A DNA stretch of 16,448 nt from Chloroflexota bacterium (GTDB lineage Bacteria; Chloroflexota; Dehalococcoidia; SHYD01; JACQUQ01). A program made the position numbers and the translations under genes. The stretch's first letter is position 1. The number at the start of each line of letters is the position of its first letter. The DNA lies in NCBI GenBank assembly GCA_016210175.1, contig JACQUQ010000057.1:1-16448 (forward strand), written 5' to 3'. Of the stretch, positions 7,027-13,667 are shown piece by piece. A model generated the notes under the pieces. That model did not search any database and had not been told where the DNA came from. It saw only the letters and a program-made list of their open reading frames with translations.

Positions 7027-7224
7027 CTAGCCCCCGGAGATCGCATAGCGGATCTCGATCTCATCTCCCTCGCTGAGCGTCACGTCGCGAGTGAGCAGGG
7101 TATCGCCCTTGATGATAATGACGGTTTCGGGGTTGATGCGCAACTCGTCGAGCACCTGCTGCACGGTCTTCCGGCCGGTGAACTCGTAGGTCTGCGGCTT
7201 GGGGTAGCGGATATGGACTTTCAC
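7027..7224 (-). CDS. ttuB: Ubiquitin-like sulfur-carrier protein of the ThiS/MoaD/TtuB family. It is 65 aa, has a GTG start and ends in -GG.
   Basis: The protein reads VKVHIRYPKPQTYEFTGRKTVQQVLDELRINPETVIIIKGDTLLTRDVTLSEGDEIEIRYAISGG, whose C-terminus ends Gly-Gly directly before the stop. The size and sequence pattern match TtuB. The RBS AGGAT lies 7 nt upstream of the GTG. The stop is 5 nt before the ttuA ATG. The longer track ORF 7027..7443 is rejected because its extension is low complexity. Confidence 0.75.
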   Translation of the reverse strand: MKVHIRYPKPQTYEFTGRKTVQQVLDELRINPETVIIIKGDTLLTRDVTLSEGDEIEIRYAISGG

Positions 7225-7377
7225 GGTGCGTATCCTGGTGCCATCCTGGCCCGAGCTTGCAACAGGGTGCGGCCCCGAACGGGCGACGCCGCCTTCCGCA
7301 CACCGCGCGGGAGGTGCGTGCCGCAAGCTACGCGCCGACGGTGCCGAGTGAGCACCTTCATGAGGAAAAAGAAAAAG

Positions 7378-7495
7378 CCCCGGCGACGGCCTATTTTCCC
7401 AGAGAGTTGCCCCTCCAGTATCGTCGGCGCTGAGGCGTTTCACTTCCGTGTTCGGGATGGGAACGGGTGGGTCCGCCTCGCACTGGCCACCGAGG
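7378..7495 (-). rRNA. rrf: 5S ribosomal RNA gene of ~118 nt. It is stand-alone, with no 23S or 16S adjacent, and divergent in the loop E region.
   Basis: The reverse complement reads CCUCGGUGGCCAGUGCGAGGCGGACCCACCCGUUCCCAUCCCGAACACGGAAGUGAAACGCCUCAGCGCCGACGAUACUGGAGGGGCAACUCUCUGGGAAAAUAGGCCGUCGCCGGGG. The central ~50 nt are near-identical to the bacterial 5S consensus (CCCGUUCCCAU.CCGAACACGGAAGUGAAACGC..CAGCGCCGA). Helix I pairs 5' CCUCGGUGGC with 3' GUCGCCGGGG. Helix IV is GAGGG-GCAA-CUCUC with a GNRA loop. A TTTTTCTTTTT tract follows the 3' end. Confidence 0.75.
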
Positions 7496-7723
7496 CCTTA
7501 TCACACAGTATGCACCTGCAACGTCACACAAGCCCAGGCATCCGCGGTTCCCCGCGCATAACCTGCTGTGACTGTGCTGCGTTTTTCAAGGTGCAGGCGC
7601 TTTCTGCTAGTATTGTAGCATGGCCCACTGGGGAGGATCAACCCCTGGCGGGGGATTTCTGGAAATTTCTGCCGCCAACTTCGGCCCCTGCGGAGGAGGG
7701 AACGGAACAGTGCATAGGAGGCG

Positions 7724-8884
7724 ATGCCGGTGGACGCGGTCTTGACGGAAACTCAGGAGATGACTCGGGCCATGGTCCGGGAGTTTGCGGAGCGGGAGAT
7801 CATCCCCCAGACGCGGGAGAACGACCGGCTCCATCGCTTCCCGGCCGGTCTCCTCAAGCAGATGGCGCCCCTGGGGCTGCTGGGCGGGCCCATCCCCCAG
7901 GAGTACGGCGGGATGGGCACCGACTACCGGACCTGGGGCCTCGTGATGGAAGAGCTGGGGCGGGCGTGCCTGTCCACCGCGACCACCGTGCTGGTGCAGG
8001 TGTCCCTGGTGGGCCTCAATCTGCTGCACTGGGCCAGCGAGGAGCAGCGCCGCCGCTACCTCCCCCGCCTCACCTCCGGGGAGATCATCGGTGCCTTCGG
8101 CCTGACCGAGCCGAACGTGGGCAGCAACCCGGCCGGGATGGAGACCGTCGCGACCCGCCGGGGCGACGACTGGGTGCTGCGGGGCCAGAAGACCTGGATC
8201 AGCAACGGCGGCGTCGCCGACCTCGTCATCGTCTACGCCCAGACCGACCCCAGCCAGGGCCACCGCGGCATCGCCGCCTTCCTGGTGGAACGGGGCATGG
8301 ATGGGTTCACCTCCCAGAACATCGAGGGCAAGCTCGGACTGCACGCGTCCAACACCGCCACCCTGTTCTTTGATGAGGTGCGCATCCCTGCGGAGCAGGT
8401 CATGGCCCCGCCGGGGCAAGGGATCCACTCGGCCCTGAGCACCCTGGAGACCTCCCGCATGACCGCCGCCAGCGCCTTCGTCGGGCTGGCCCAGGCGTGT
8501 CTGGAGGCGGCGGTGGAGTATGCGCAGACCCGCCAGCAGTTCGGGCGGGCCATCGGCAGCTTCCAGATGGTGCAGGACTTGATTGCCGAGATGGTGGTTG
8601 AGGTGGAAGCGGCCCGCTGCCTGGCCCGCCGGGCTGCCGCCCTGAAAGACCAGGGGAAGATGACCGCCCGTGATGGTGCCATGGCCAAATACTACGCCTC
8701 CGAGGTGGCGGTGCGCTGCTCCGAGCGGGCGATCCAGGTCCACGGCGGTCACGGCTACAGCGACGAGTTCCCGGTGGAACGCTACTTCCGCGATGCCCGC
8801 GTGGGGACGCTCTACGAGGGCACGTCCCAGATCCAGAAGCTCATCATCGGACGGGAGACCCTGGGCATCTCGGCCTTCGTGTAG
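7724..8884 (+). CDS. Acyl-CoA dehydrogenase, short/medium-chain type. An alternative GTG start at 7709 is possible.
   Basis: The protein shows the full-length ACAD pattern (LTETQEMTRAMVREFAEREI..., GAFGLTEPNVGSNPAGMETVA, WISNGGVADLVIVYA, YEGTSQIQKLIIGRE). The RBS GGAGG ends 3 nt before ATG 7724. A GGAGGAGGG block 8 nt before the in-frame GTG 7709 would add 5 residues. Confidence 0.85.
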   Translation: MPVDAVLTETQEMTRAMVREFAEREIIPQTRENDRLHRFPAGLLKQMAPLGLLGGPIPQEYGGMGTDYRTWGLVMEELGRACLSTATTVLVQVSLVGLNLLHWASEEQRRRYLPRLTSGEIIGAFGLTEPNVGSNPAGMETVATRRGDDWVLRGQKTWISNGGVADLVIVYAQTDPSQGHRGIAAFLVERGMDGFTSQNIEGKLGLHASNTATLFFDEVRIPAEQVMAPPGQGIHSALSTLETSRMTAASAFVGLAQACLEAAVEYAQTRQQFGRAIGSFQMVQDLIAEMVVEVEAARCLARRAAALKDQGKMTARDGAMAKYYASEVAVRCSERAIQVHGGHGYSDEFPVERYFRDARVGTLYEGTSQIQKLIIGRETLGISAFV

Positions 8885-8939
8885 TCCGGCAGCCCTTGCC
8901 CCACACCACCCCGGGGTCATCCCGCGACGCGCAAAACCC

Positions 8940-8970
8940 AGTGGCCTCGCCCTCAGAGAGCGAGGCCACT
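8940..8970. terminator. Bidirectional terminator hairpin. The stem is AGTGGCCTCGC / GCGAGGCCACT (11-12 bp) with loop CCTCAGAGA. GGGTTTTGCG follows on the minus strand and CCTTTCCC on the plus strand.
   Basis: Read directly. It lies between the convergent ACAD (+) and the MLI-like gene (-). Confidence 0.7.
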
Positions 8971-9036
8971 GCCTTTCCCAGAGAACATCTCCCAAAGCCG
9001 GGGCCCCATGGGCGCAGAAGGCTTCGCCGCGGTGCG

Positions 9037-9360
9037 CTACCTTGCGGCGCCCTGCGCCATCTGGGCCATCCGCTGCTCGACCACGTTGATGCTGGCTAAC
9101 CCCTGATCGACGGTAACCAGCGGGTGGATCTCCCAACTGGCCAGACGGCCAATGGGGTTTTCGGCGATCGCGCGGTGGAGCTCTTCGGCTGAATTCACGT
9201 CCCAAATGCCGACCCCACCCCGCTCGCCGACGAACAGGTAGAAGGTCTTGAGCTTGGGGTCTTGCTTGAAGGCTTCCAGGCCCGCCTTGACCAGCGCCAG
9301 CTCCTGCGGCTGCGGCACCCCCGCGTTCTCATAGGCCCTGCCGATCACCAGGAACAGCAC
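9037..9360 (-). CDS. Muconolactone delta-isomerase-like (dimeric alpha+beta barrel, YciI-like) small protein of 107 aa with a GTG start.
   Basis: The protein reads MLFLVIGRAYENAG...TFYLFVGERGGVGIWDVNSAEELHRAIAENPIG. This matches the muconolactone-isomerase-family pattern MLFHV...W.I.G....Y.VFDV.S.E.LH. The RBS GGAGGAGGAAG lies immediately upstream of the GTG. Confidence 0.6.
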   Translation of the reverse strand: MLFLVIGRAYENAGVPQPQELALVKAGLEAFKQDPKLKTFYLFVGERGGVGIWDVNSAEELHRAIAENPIGRLASWEIHPLVTVDQGLASINVVEQRMAQMAQGAAR

Positions 9361-9410
9361 CTTCCTCCTCCTCTCCTCTCCATGCGTGATGTACGCCCAC
9401 TTCAGCGTAC

Positions 9411-9439
9411 AATGTACGTCTTCGCGCCTGCGCTGTCAA
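9411..9439 (-). promoter_or_regulatory. Near-consensus promoter upstream of the MLI-like gene: -35 TTGACA, 17-nt spacer, -10 TACATT on the minus strand. An inverted repeat TGTACGC-N8-GCGTACA overlaps the -10 and leader.
   Basis: TTGACA is the reverse complement of 9434-9439 and TACATT of 9411-9416, with exactly 17 nt between them. The palindrome was read directly. Confidence 0.5.
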
Positions 9440-9567
9440 GCGCACCGGCGGCTGGCGCTGCTCCTCCACATCACCGCGCGATGACGCAAGCACCCGTGCG
9501 CCCCATCCCCACGCGCAATGCGGTGGAGCAGGGCAGGTTCAGCAGTGGTGCGGGGAGAGACGGAGGG

Positions 9568-11091
9568 TTAGCCCCGCGCCAGGGGGCCCTCGCCGGTGGG
9601 CGGGGCCGGGGGCTCCCGCCTCCCCACACGCAGCGCCGCGCCGTCAGGCCGCGCCGCGGCCCCGGCGCCGATACCCTGGAGCCGGTCCAGCAGCTCGCCG
9701 ACCCGCATCCCGGTGAGGGTCTCGAACACCTCCGGCATCTGGGCGATCATCCTCGCCACTTCCCCGGTCAGCGCGCTCACGCCCGGGCTGCGCCCATCGC
9801 CCGTCGAAACAATGGTCACTTTGTCCACACCGGCCAGCGCCTGGGCGAAGGCCCGCGCCAGCTCCGGCATGCCGGTCAGCAGCTTATCCAGCACTGCCGC
9901 CTGGTTGTACTCCAGGTAGGCCTCGGCGCGGAGGTGCATGGCATCCGCCTCGGCCTGGCCCTTGGCCCGCACGATCTCCGCCTCGGCGGTCCCCCGCAGG
10001 CGGGTGACTTCCGCCTCCGCCGCGCCCTGTTGCCGCAGGGCTTCGGCCTGGCCCGCGGCTTCGCGCGCCAGCTTCTGGCGTTGCGCCTCGGCCAGGATCT
10101 CGATGCGACGCTGCTCCGCCTCGGCCTGCTTGGTGACCGTAGCCTCCAGCTCGCGCTCGCGCCGCTGGACTTCCAACTCCTGCACCCGGATCTGCTCCTG
10201 GAGCCGCACCTGCTCGATCCGGACTTGCTCGGCCATCACCCGCTGTTGCTGCTGATTGGCCGTGATATCGTACGCTTTTTCCGCCACGGCCCGCTGCTGG
10301 CGCACCGTCGCCTCGTACTCTGCCTGCTTCACCTCCAGGTCCCGCCGCGCCTCGGCCTGGCGGGTCTCCGAGGCCGTTTGCGCAATGACCCGTTCCTGGT
10401 CGGCCTGCGCCTGGGCGACCGCGGCCTCCCGTGCCGCCATGGCGCGCCGGATGGCGGTGTCGCGCTCCGCCTCGGCCTGGGCGATGTCCGCCTCACGCTT
10501 GATCCGGGCCACGTCCGGCCGGCCCATGTTGTTGATGTAGTCCTGGTCGTCCATCACCTTCTTGATGGTGAAGGAGACCACCTCCAGGCCCATCTTGCTC
10601 AGGTCGTCGGCCACGGTCTGGCGCACCCGGCCGGCGACCATCTCCGGCTCCTTGACGATCTGCTCGACCGTGAGCAGGCCGACGATGCCACGCAAGTGCC
10701 CTTCCATGACCAGGCGTATCTGCGCCTCGCGCTCTTGCTGGGGCTTGGTCAGGAACTGCTGGGCCGCTGTGCGGATACTGTCCGGGTCAGCCTTGACTTT
10801 GATCTGGGCGACGGCTTCGACCTTGACCGCCACGCCCTGGGAGGTGTACAGGTCTTGCTCCGGGGCCACATCGAAGGACATCAGCTCCAGCGAGAGGGTA
10901 TCGGCGCTCTGGACCAGCGGCCAGACGATCTTGCCTGCCCCGGTGACGATATGCGTGCCCCCCCAGCCATAGACGATGAGCGCCTGGTTGGGACCGACAC
11001 GCTGGAAGAGGGCCCCGATGAGCCACATGATCAGGAACACCGTAACCACGGCAACCACAGCAATAGCGACGATGGCCAGTAGTTCTATCAT
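9568..11091 (-). CDS. floT: Flotillin-like SPFH/band-7 protein of the FloT/YuaG type (507 aa).
   Basis: The protein has an N-terminal TM helix, an SPFH domain, and a long Ala/Glu/Arg/Gln-rich coiled-coil (EA-repeat) region (AEAEQRRIEILAEAQRQKLAREAAGQAEALRQQGAAEAE). Its start codon overlaps the nfeD stop as ATGA, which is typical of nfeD-floT operons. Confidence 0.85.
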   Translation of the reverse strand: MIELLAIVAIAVVAVVTVFLIMWLIGALFQRVGPNQALIVYGWGGTHIVTGAGKIVWPLVQSADTLSLELMSFDVAPEQDLYTSQGVAVKVEAVAQIKVKADPDSIRTAAQQFLTKPQQEREAQIRLVMEGHLRGIVGLLTVEQIVKEPEMVAGRVRQTVADDLSKMGLEVVSFTIKKVMDDQDYINNMGRPDVARIKREADIAQAEAERDTAIRRAMAAREAAVAQAQADQERVIAQTASETRQAEARRDLEVKQAEYEATVRQQRAVAEKAYDITANQQQQRVMAEQVRIEQVRLQEQIRVQELEVQRRERELEATVTKQAEAEQRRIEILAEAQRQKLAREAAGQAEALRQQGAAEAEVTRLRGTAEAEIVRAKGQAEADAMHLRAEAYLEYNQAAVLDKLLTGMPELARAFAQALAGVDKVTIVSTGDGRSPGVSALTGEVARMIAQMPEVFETLTGMRVGELLDRLQGIGAGAAARPDGAALRVGRREPPAPPTGEGPLARG

Positions 11092-11810
11092 GGGATCCTT
11101 TCCCCTTCCCCACGGTCGCCCGGCGGCGGACTGCCCTGCTGCGGCGATTCCCGTGGAGTGCGTCCCACGAACTCCTCCCAGGGCTGCACGGTAGCGACCC
11201 CACGCTCGTACGCAATAATGACCACCTCCGTTTCCCGCGGTATGGCCCGACCGCTGAGGCTGCGTGCCGCCTCACTCCGCCGCGCGCCTGCCAGGGTGAA
11301 GAGGATCTCGCCGACGCCCTGCGCCGAGATGCTCACGGTCACCCGCGCCAGCGTCCCTTCCAGGCGATAGTCCCGCTGGTGCATGGCCCGCTCGCCCGCC
11401 AGCACTTGCCCCAGGAACAGCGCAACGATCGTCCCTCCGGTGCCGCCCGCAGCCACCGCCGCGCCGAGCGCCGCCAGGGCCGGCCAGGCCGCAAACTCCG
11501 TGAGCAGATAGCCCGCCGCGCCGAACCAGGTGAGGAAGGCGAGCGCAGAGGAGACGTTGAGCAGCGGCAGCCGGGCGTGGCCTCCGGCGGTAGCCTCGCC
11601 CGGCGGTGGGGCGTGCGCCAGCGCGTCAGGAGGGTCCAGACCGAGCGGGAGGTGCCCCCCGTCGCCGAGTGCTGCCGGGTGTGCGCCGGACCCGTCGTGT
11701 CCCAGGTGGCCGAGGCTCCCGTCGGAGAGATGGGCAACAAACCCCAAGGCCACTGACACCACAGTGAACAGCGCCCCGAAGAGAAAGCAGATCAGAAAGA
11801 AGGTTTCCAT
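11088..11810 (-). CDS. nfeD: NfeD-like membrane protein (YuaF-like). It has an N-terminal TM helix and a C-terminal OB-fold, joined by a His/Gly/Pro-rich linker.
   Basis: The N-terminus METFFLICFLFGALFTVVSVALGFVAHL is hydrophobic. The C-terminal GTLARVTVSISAQGVGEILFTLAGARRSEAARSLSGRAIPRETEVVIIAYERGVATVQP is typical of the NfeD short form. It is translationally coupled to the flotillin gene. Confidence 0.75.
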   Translation of the reverse strand: METFFLICFLFGALFTVVSVALGFVAHLSDGSLGHLGHDGSGAHPAALGDGGHLPLGLDPPDALAHAPPPGEATAGGHARLPLLNVSSALAFLTWFGAAGYLLTEFAAWPALAALGAAVAAGGTGGTIVALFLGQVLAGERAMHQRDYRLEGTLARVTVSISAQGVGEILFTLAGARRSEAARSLSGRAIPRETEVVIIAYERGVATVQPWEEFVGRTPRESPQQGSPPPGDRGEGERIP

Positions 11811-12167
11811 GAGGTGGGCTCCGCAGCTCTGTGGTGCTCAGTATACGCTGCGGTAGCGCAGGTGAGAAGGGAGCAATGTACCAAAGGGTACCCACAAAAG
11901 ATACTCATGAGCGATGGTACAGCGACTGTGGGGGGGGAGCAGAGCTACCAGCCAGTGAAACAGGAGTTGGGCTGGGCGGACTTCATGGTCCACTCGGCAA
12001 GCCATCGAGCTTGCCCAGCCCGGCCAGGGTCGGCCCCAGCAGCGGCGCATCGTGCCGGTGGGCGCCCGCACTGACGAGGTGCAGCGGGAAGGCCGGTCCC
12101 GTTAGGGTGGTGGAGTGGGAGATTCCTTAAGATCAAGCACTATACATAATGTTAGCGTATGGTGAGG

Positions 12168-12253
12168 TGGCGGAGGGAGAGGGATTCGAACCCCCGAGGC
12201 TTGCGCCTTGCGGTTTTCAAGACCGCTGCCATCAACCACTCGGCCATCCCTCC
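12168..12253 (-). tRNA. tRNA-Ser with anticodon UGA. It is 86 nt including the encoded CCA and has a long variable arm.
   Basis: The reverse complement reads GGAGGGATGGCCGAGTGGTTGATGGCAGCGGTCTTGAAAACCGCAAGGCGCAAGCCTCGGGGGTTCGAATCCCTCTCCCTCCGCCA. The acceptor stem is GGAGGGA/TCCCTCC. The anticodon stem GCGGT/ACCGC flanks the loop CTTGAAA (anticodon TGA). The T-arm shows GGTTCGAATCC. Confidence 0.9.
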
Positions 12254-12462
12254 GTGATCTGCGCCCTGTTTCCACTATATCACGGAGGTACTGCCATCCT
12301 CAACAACTCTTCCTGGGCATCGGGCAGGGCAAGCGCATCCTGGCCGGTCAGCACCTTGAGCAAATAGCGCTCGTCCCACCCGCCTTCAGCCGCTTGGCTT
12401 TGCCCCCACCGTGGCCGTGCGTTCCTGACGCAGCAGGTGCAGCGCCAGCCGGCGCAATACGG

Positions 12463-12696
12463 TTAGGTGCTGTGGGACGTGTCCTTCCCGGATGCAGCTT
12501 GCATCTTCTCGGAAGGTAAGGTGATGTGGCGCACCGCCACCCGCCCCTGCCCCGGCTCCACCGTCTGGCGCTGGTCGTGGGCCACCCCCGGAAACCCGTC
12601 CGCCTGGGCCAGGGCCCAGGCTTCTGGCACTTCCTGGTACGGCCTCCCGTGGGTTGCCTTGAACGCCAACACGTTATCAGGCGCAAGGAACGCCAT
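12463..12696 (-). CDS. Hypothetical small protein of 77 aa (MAFLAPDNVLAFKATHGRPYQEVPEAWALAQADGFPGVAHDQRQTVEPGQGRVAVRHITLPSEKMQAASGKDTSHST), 12 nt downstream of the lgt stop.
   Basis: GC3 is high (~80%) in this frame. Overlapping frames encode W/R-rich junk. No recognised family and no strong RBS. Confidence 0.35.
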   Translation of the reverse strand: MAFLAPDNVLAFKATHGRPYQEVPEAWALAQADGFPGVAHDQRQTVEPGQGRVAVRHITLPSEKMQAASGKDTSHST

Positions 12697-12708
12697 ACGC
12701 CAATAACC

Positions 12709-13515
12709 CTAGCGCTCGGCGCGCCGCCGCTGGGCGCGGCTTTTCTGGGAAGGCCGCCGGAGCAACCAGAGAAACCAGGGTATGGCTGCGATCATCACGG
12801 TAACGCCGATCAGTTGCGCCATGCCCAGACCTGCCGCAACGACCATGTCTTTGCGGAAGAAGCCCACCCAGAGCCGACCGAGCGAGTACAGGAACATGGC
12901 GGCGACATAGGTGAGGCCCTCCTTCGGTCCCCGGCGCAGGAACCACAAGAGGAGGGCGGCCGCGGCAAGGTCGTACAGCATCTCGTAGGCGACCGCGGGA
13001 TGCACTGGTACGCCCACTTCCCCATCGGTGTTGGGGTGCGTATAGACCACGCTCCAGGGGAGTCCTGGGGCCTCGCGGCCATGGTGTTCTCCGTTGATGA
13101 TGTCCCCGATGCGCCCGATCCCCTGGCCGATCAGAAAGACGATGCCACCCCGGTCGGCAAGGAAGGCCACCGGCCGTCCGGTTGCGGCGGCGTAGAGCGC
13201 CCCCACCAGGCTCCCGCCGATGACACCGCCGTAGATCGAGATCCCACCTTCGTTGATGGCGAGGACCCGCAGCGGTTGGTCCGCAAAGAGCCACCAGTTC
13301 TCCAGCACGAAGAGCAAGCGTGCGCCGACAATGCCGCCCAGGACCACCGGCACGGCGACGGCATAGATATCATCGGCGGTCAGCGCGCTCCCGCGGATGA
13401 GCCGCACCGCCACCCACATCCCAACGACCAGGCCCACCGCAGTGAGCAGCCCATGCCAGGCAATCGCCAGGGGGCCGAGTCTGAACAGTATCGGGTCCAG
13501 GTAGATTTCAATCAT
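12709..13515 (-). CDS. lgt: Prolipoprotein diacylglyceryl transferase.
   Basis: A polytopic membrane protein carrying the Lgt signature GQGIGRIGDIINGEHHG. It has a typical N-terminus MIEIYLDPILFRLGPLAIAWHGLLTAVGLVVG and a basic C-terminal tail. Confidence 0.85.
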   Translation of the reverse strand: MIEIYLDPILFRLGPLAIAWHGLLTAVGLVVGMWVAVRLIRGSALTADDIYAVAVPVVLGGIVGARLLFVLENWWLFADQPLRVLAINEGGISIYGGVIGGSLVGALYAAATGRPVAFLADRGGIVFLIGQGIGRIGDIINGEHHGREAPGLPWSVVYTHPNTDGEVGVPVHPAVAYEMLYDLAAAALLLWFLRRGPKEGLTYVAAMFLYSLGRLWVGFFRKDMVVAAGLGMAQLIGVTVMIAAIPWFLWLLRRPSQKSRAQRRRAER

Positions 13516-13667
13516 GGCGCCTGTGCTTTCGGCTCCAACGGCGTTCTTCCGGTGACCACCGGAGTCTCCACGGTGTCCGCTCCGCCGCTGCGTCTTATGC
13601 GGCAGACCGCTGCGCCACGGCTCCGGCCCCCGGTTCCTCTATTCTATCCCTATACCGTGCCCGGTGG

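Noticed and set aside
7027-7443. 138-aa version of the ttuB ORF starting at ATG 7443.
   Set aside because: The N-terminal 73 residues are low complexity and overlap the 5S rRNA terminator region. ThiS/TtuB proteins are ~65 aa. A GTG with upstream AGGAT at 7224 gives exactly the conserved beta-grasp length.
7607-9205. 532-aa minus-strand ORF. Also 7213..8373 (+), 5777..7030 (+), 4525..5679 (-), 4737..6008 (+), 2354..2866 (+), 2418..2993 (+) and 1839..2315 (+).
   Set aside because: Each overlaps a confidently identified gene on the opposite strand or frame (ACAD, ttuA, cNMP-domain gene, ispD/ispF). Each has low-complexity R/G/P/A-rich translations with no recognisable domains.
9262-11082. 606-aa plus-strand ORF.
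   Set aside because: It is antisense to the flotillin gene. Its leucine/arginine-rich composition mirrors the Ala/Glu codons of the real coiled-coil on the other strand.
11945-12136. 63-aa TTG-initiated minus-strand ORF, and the other small ORFs, between tRNA-Ser and nfeD.
   Set aside because: Mixed GC3, W/R/P-rich products and no RBS. The region is more plausibly non-coding leader or structured RNA.
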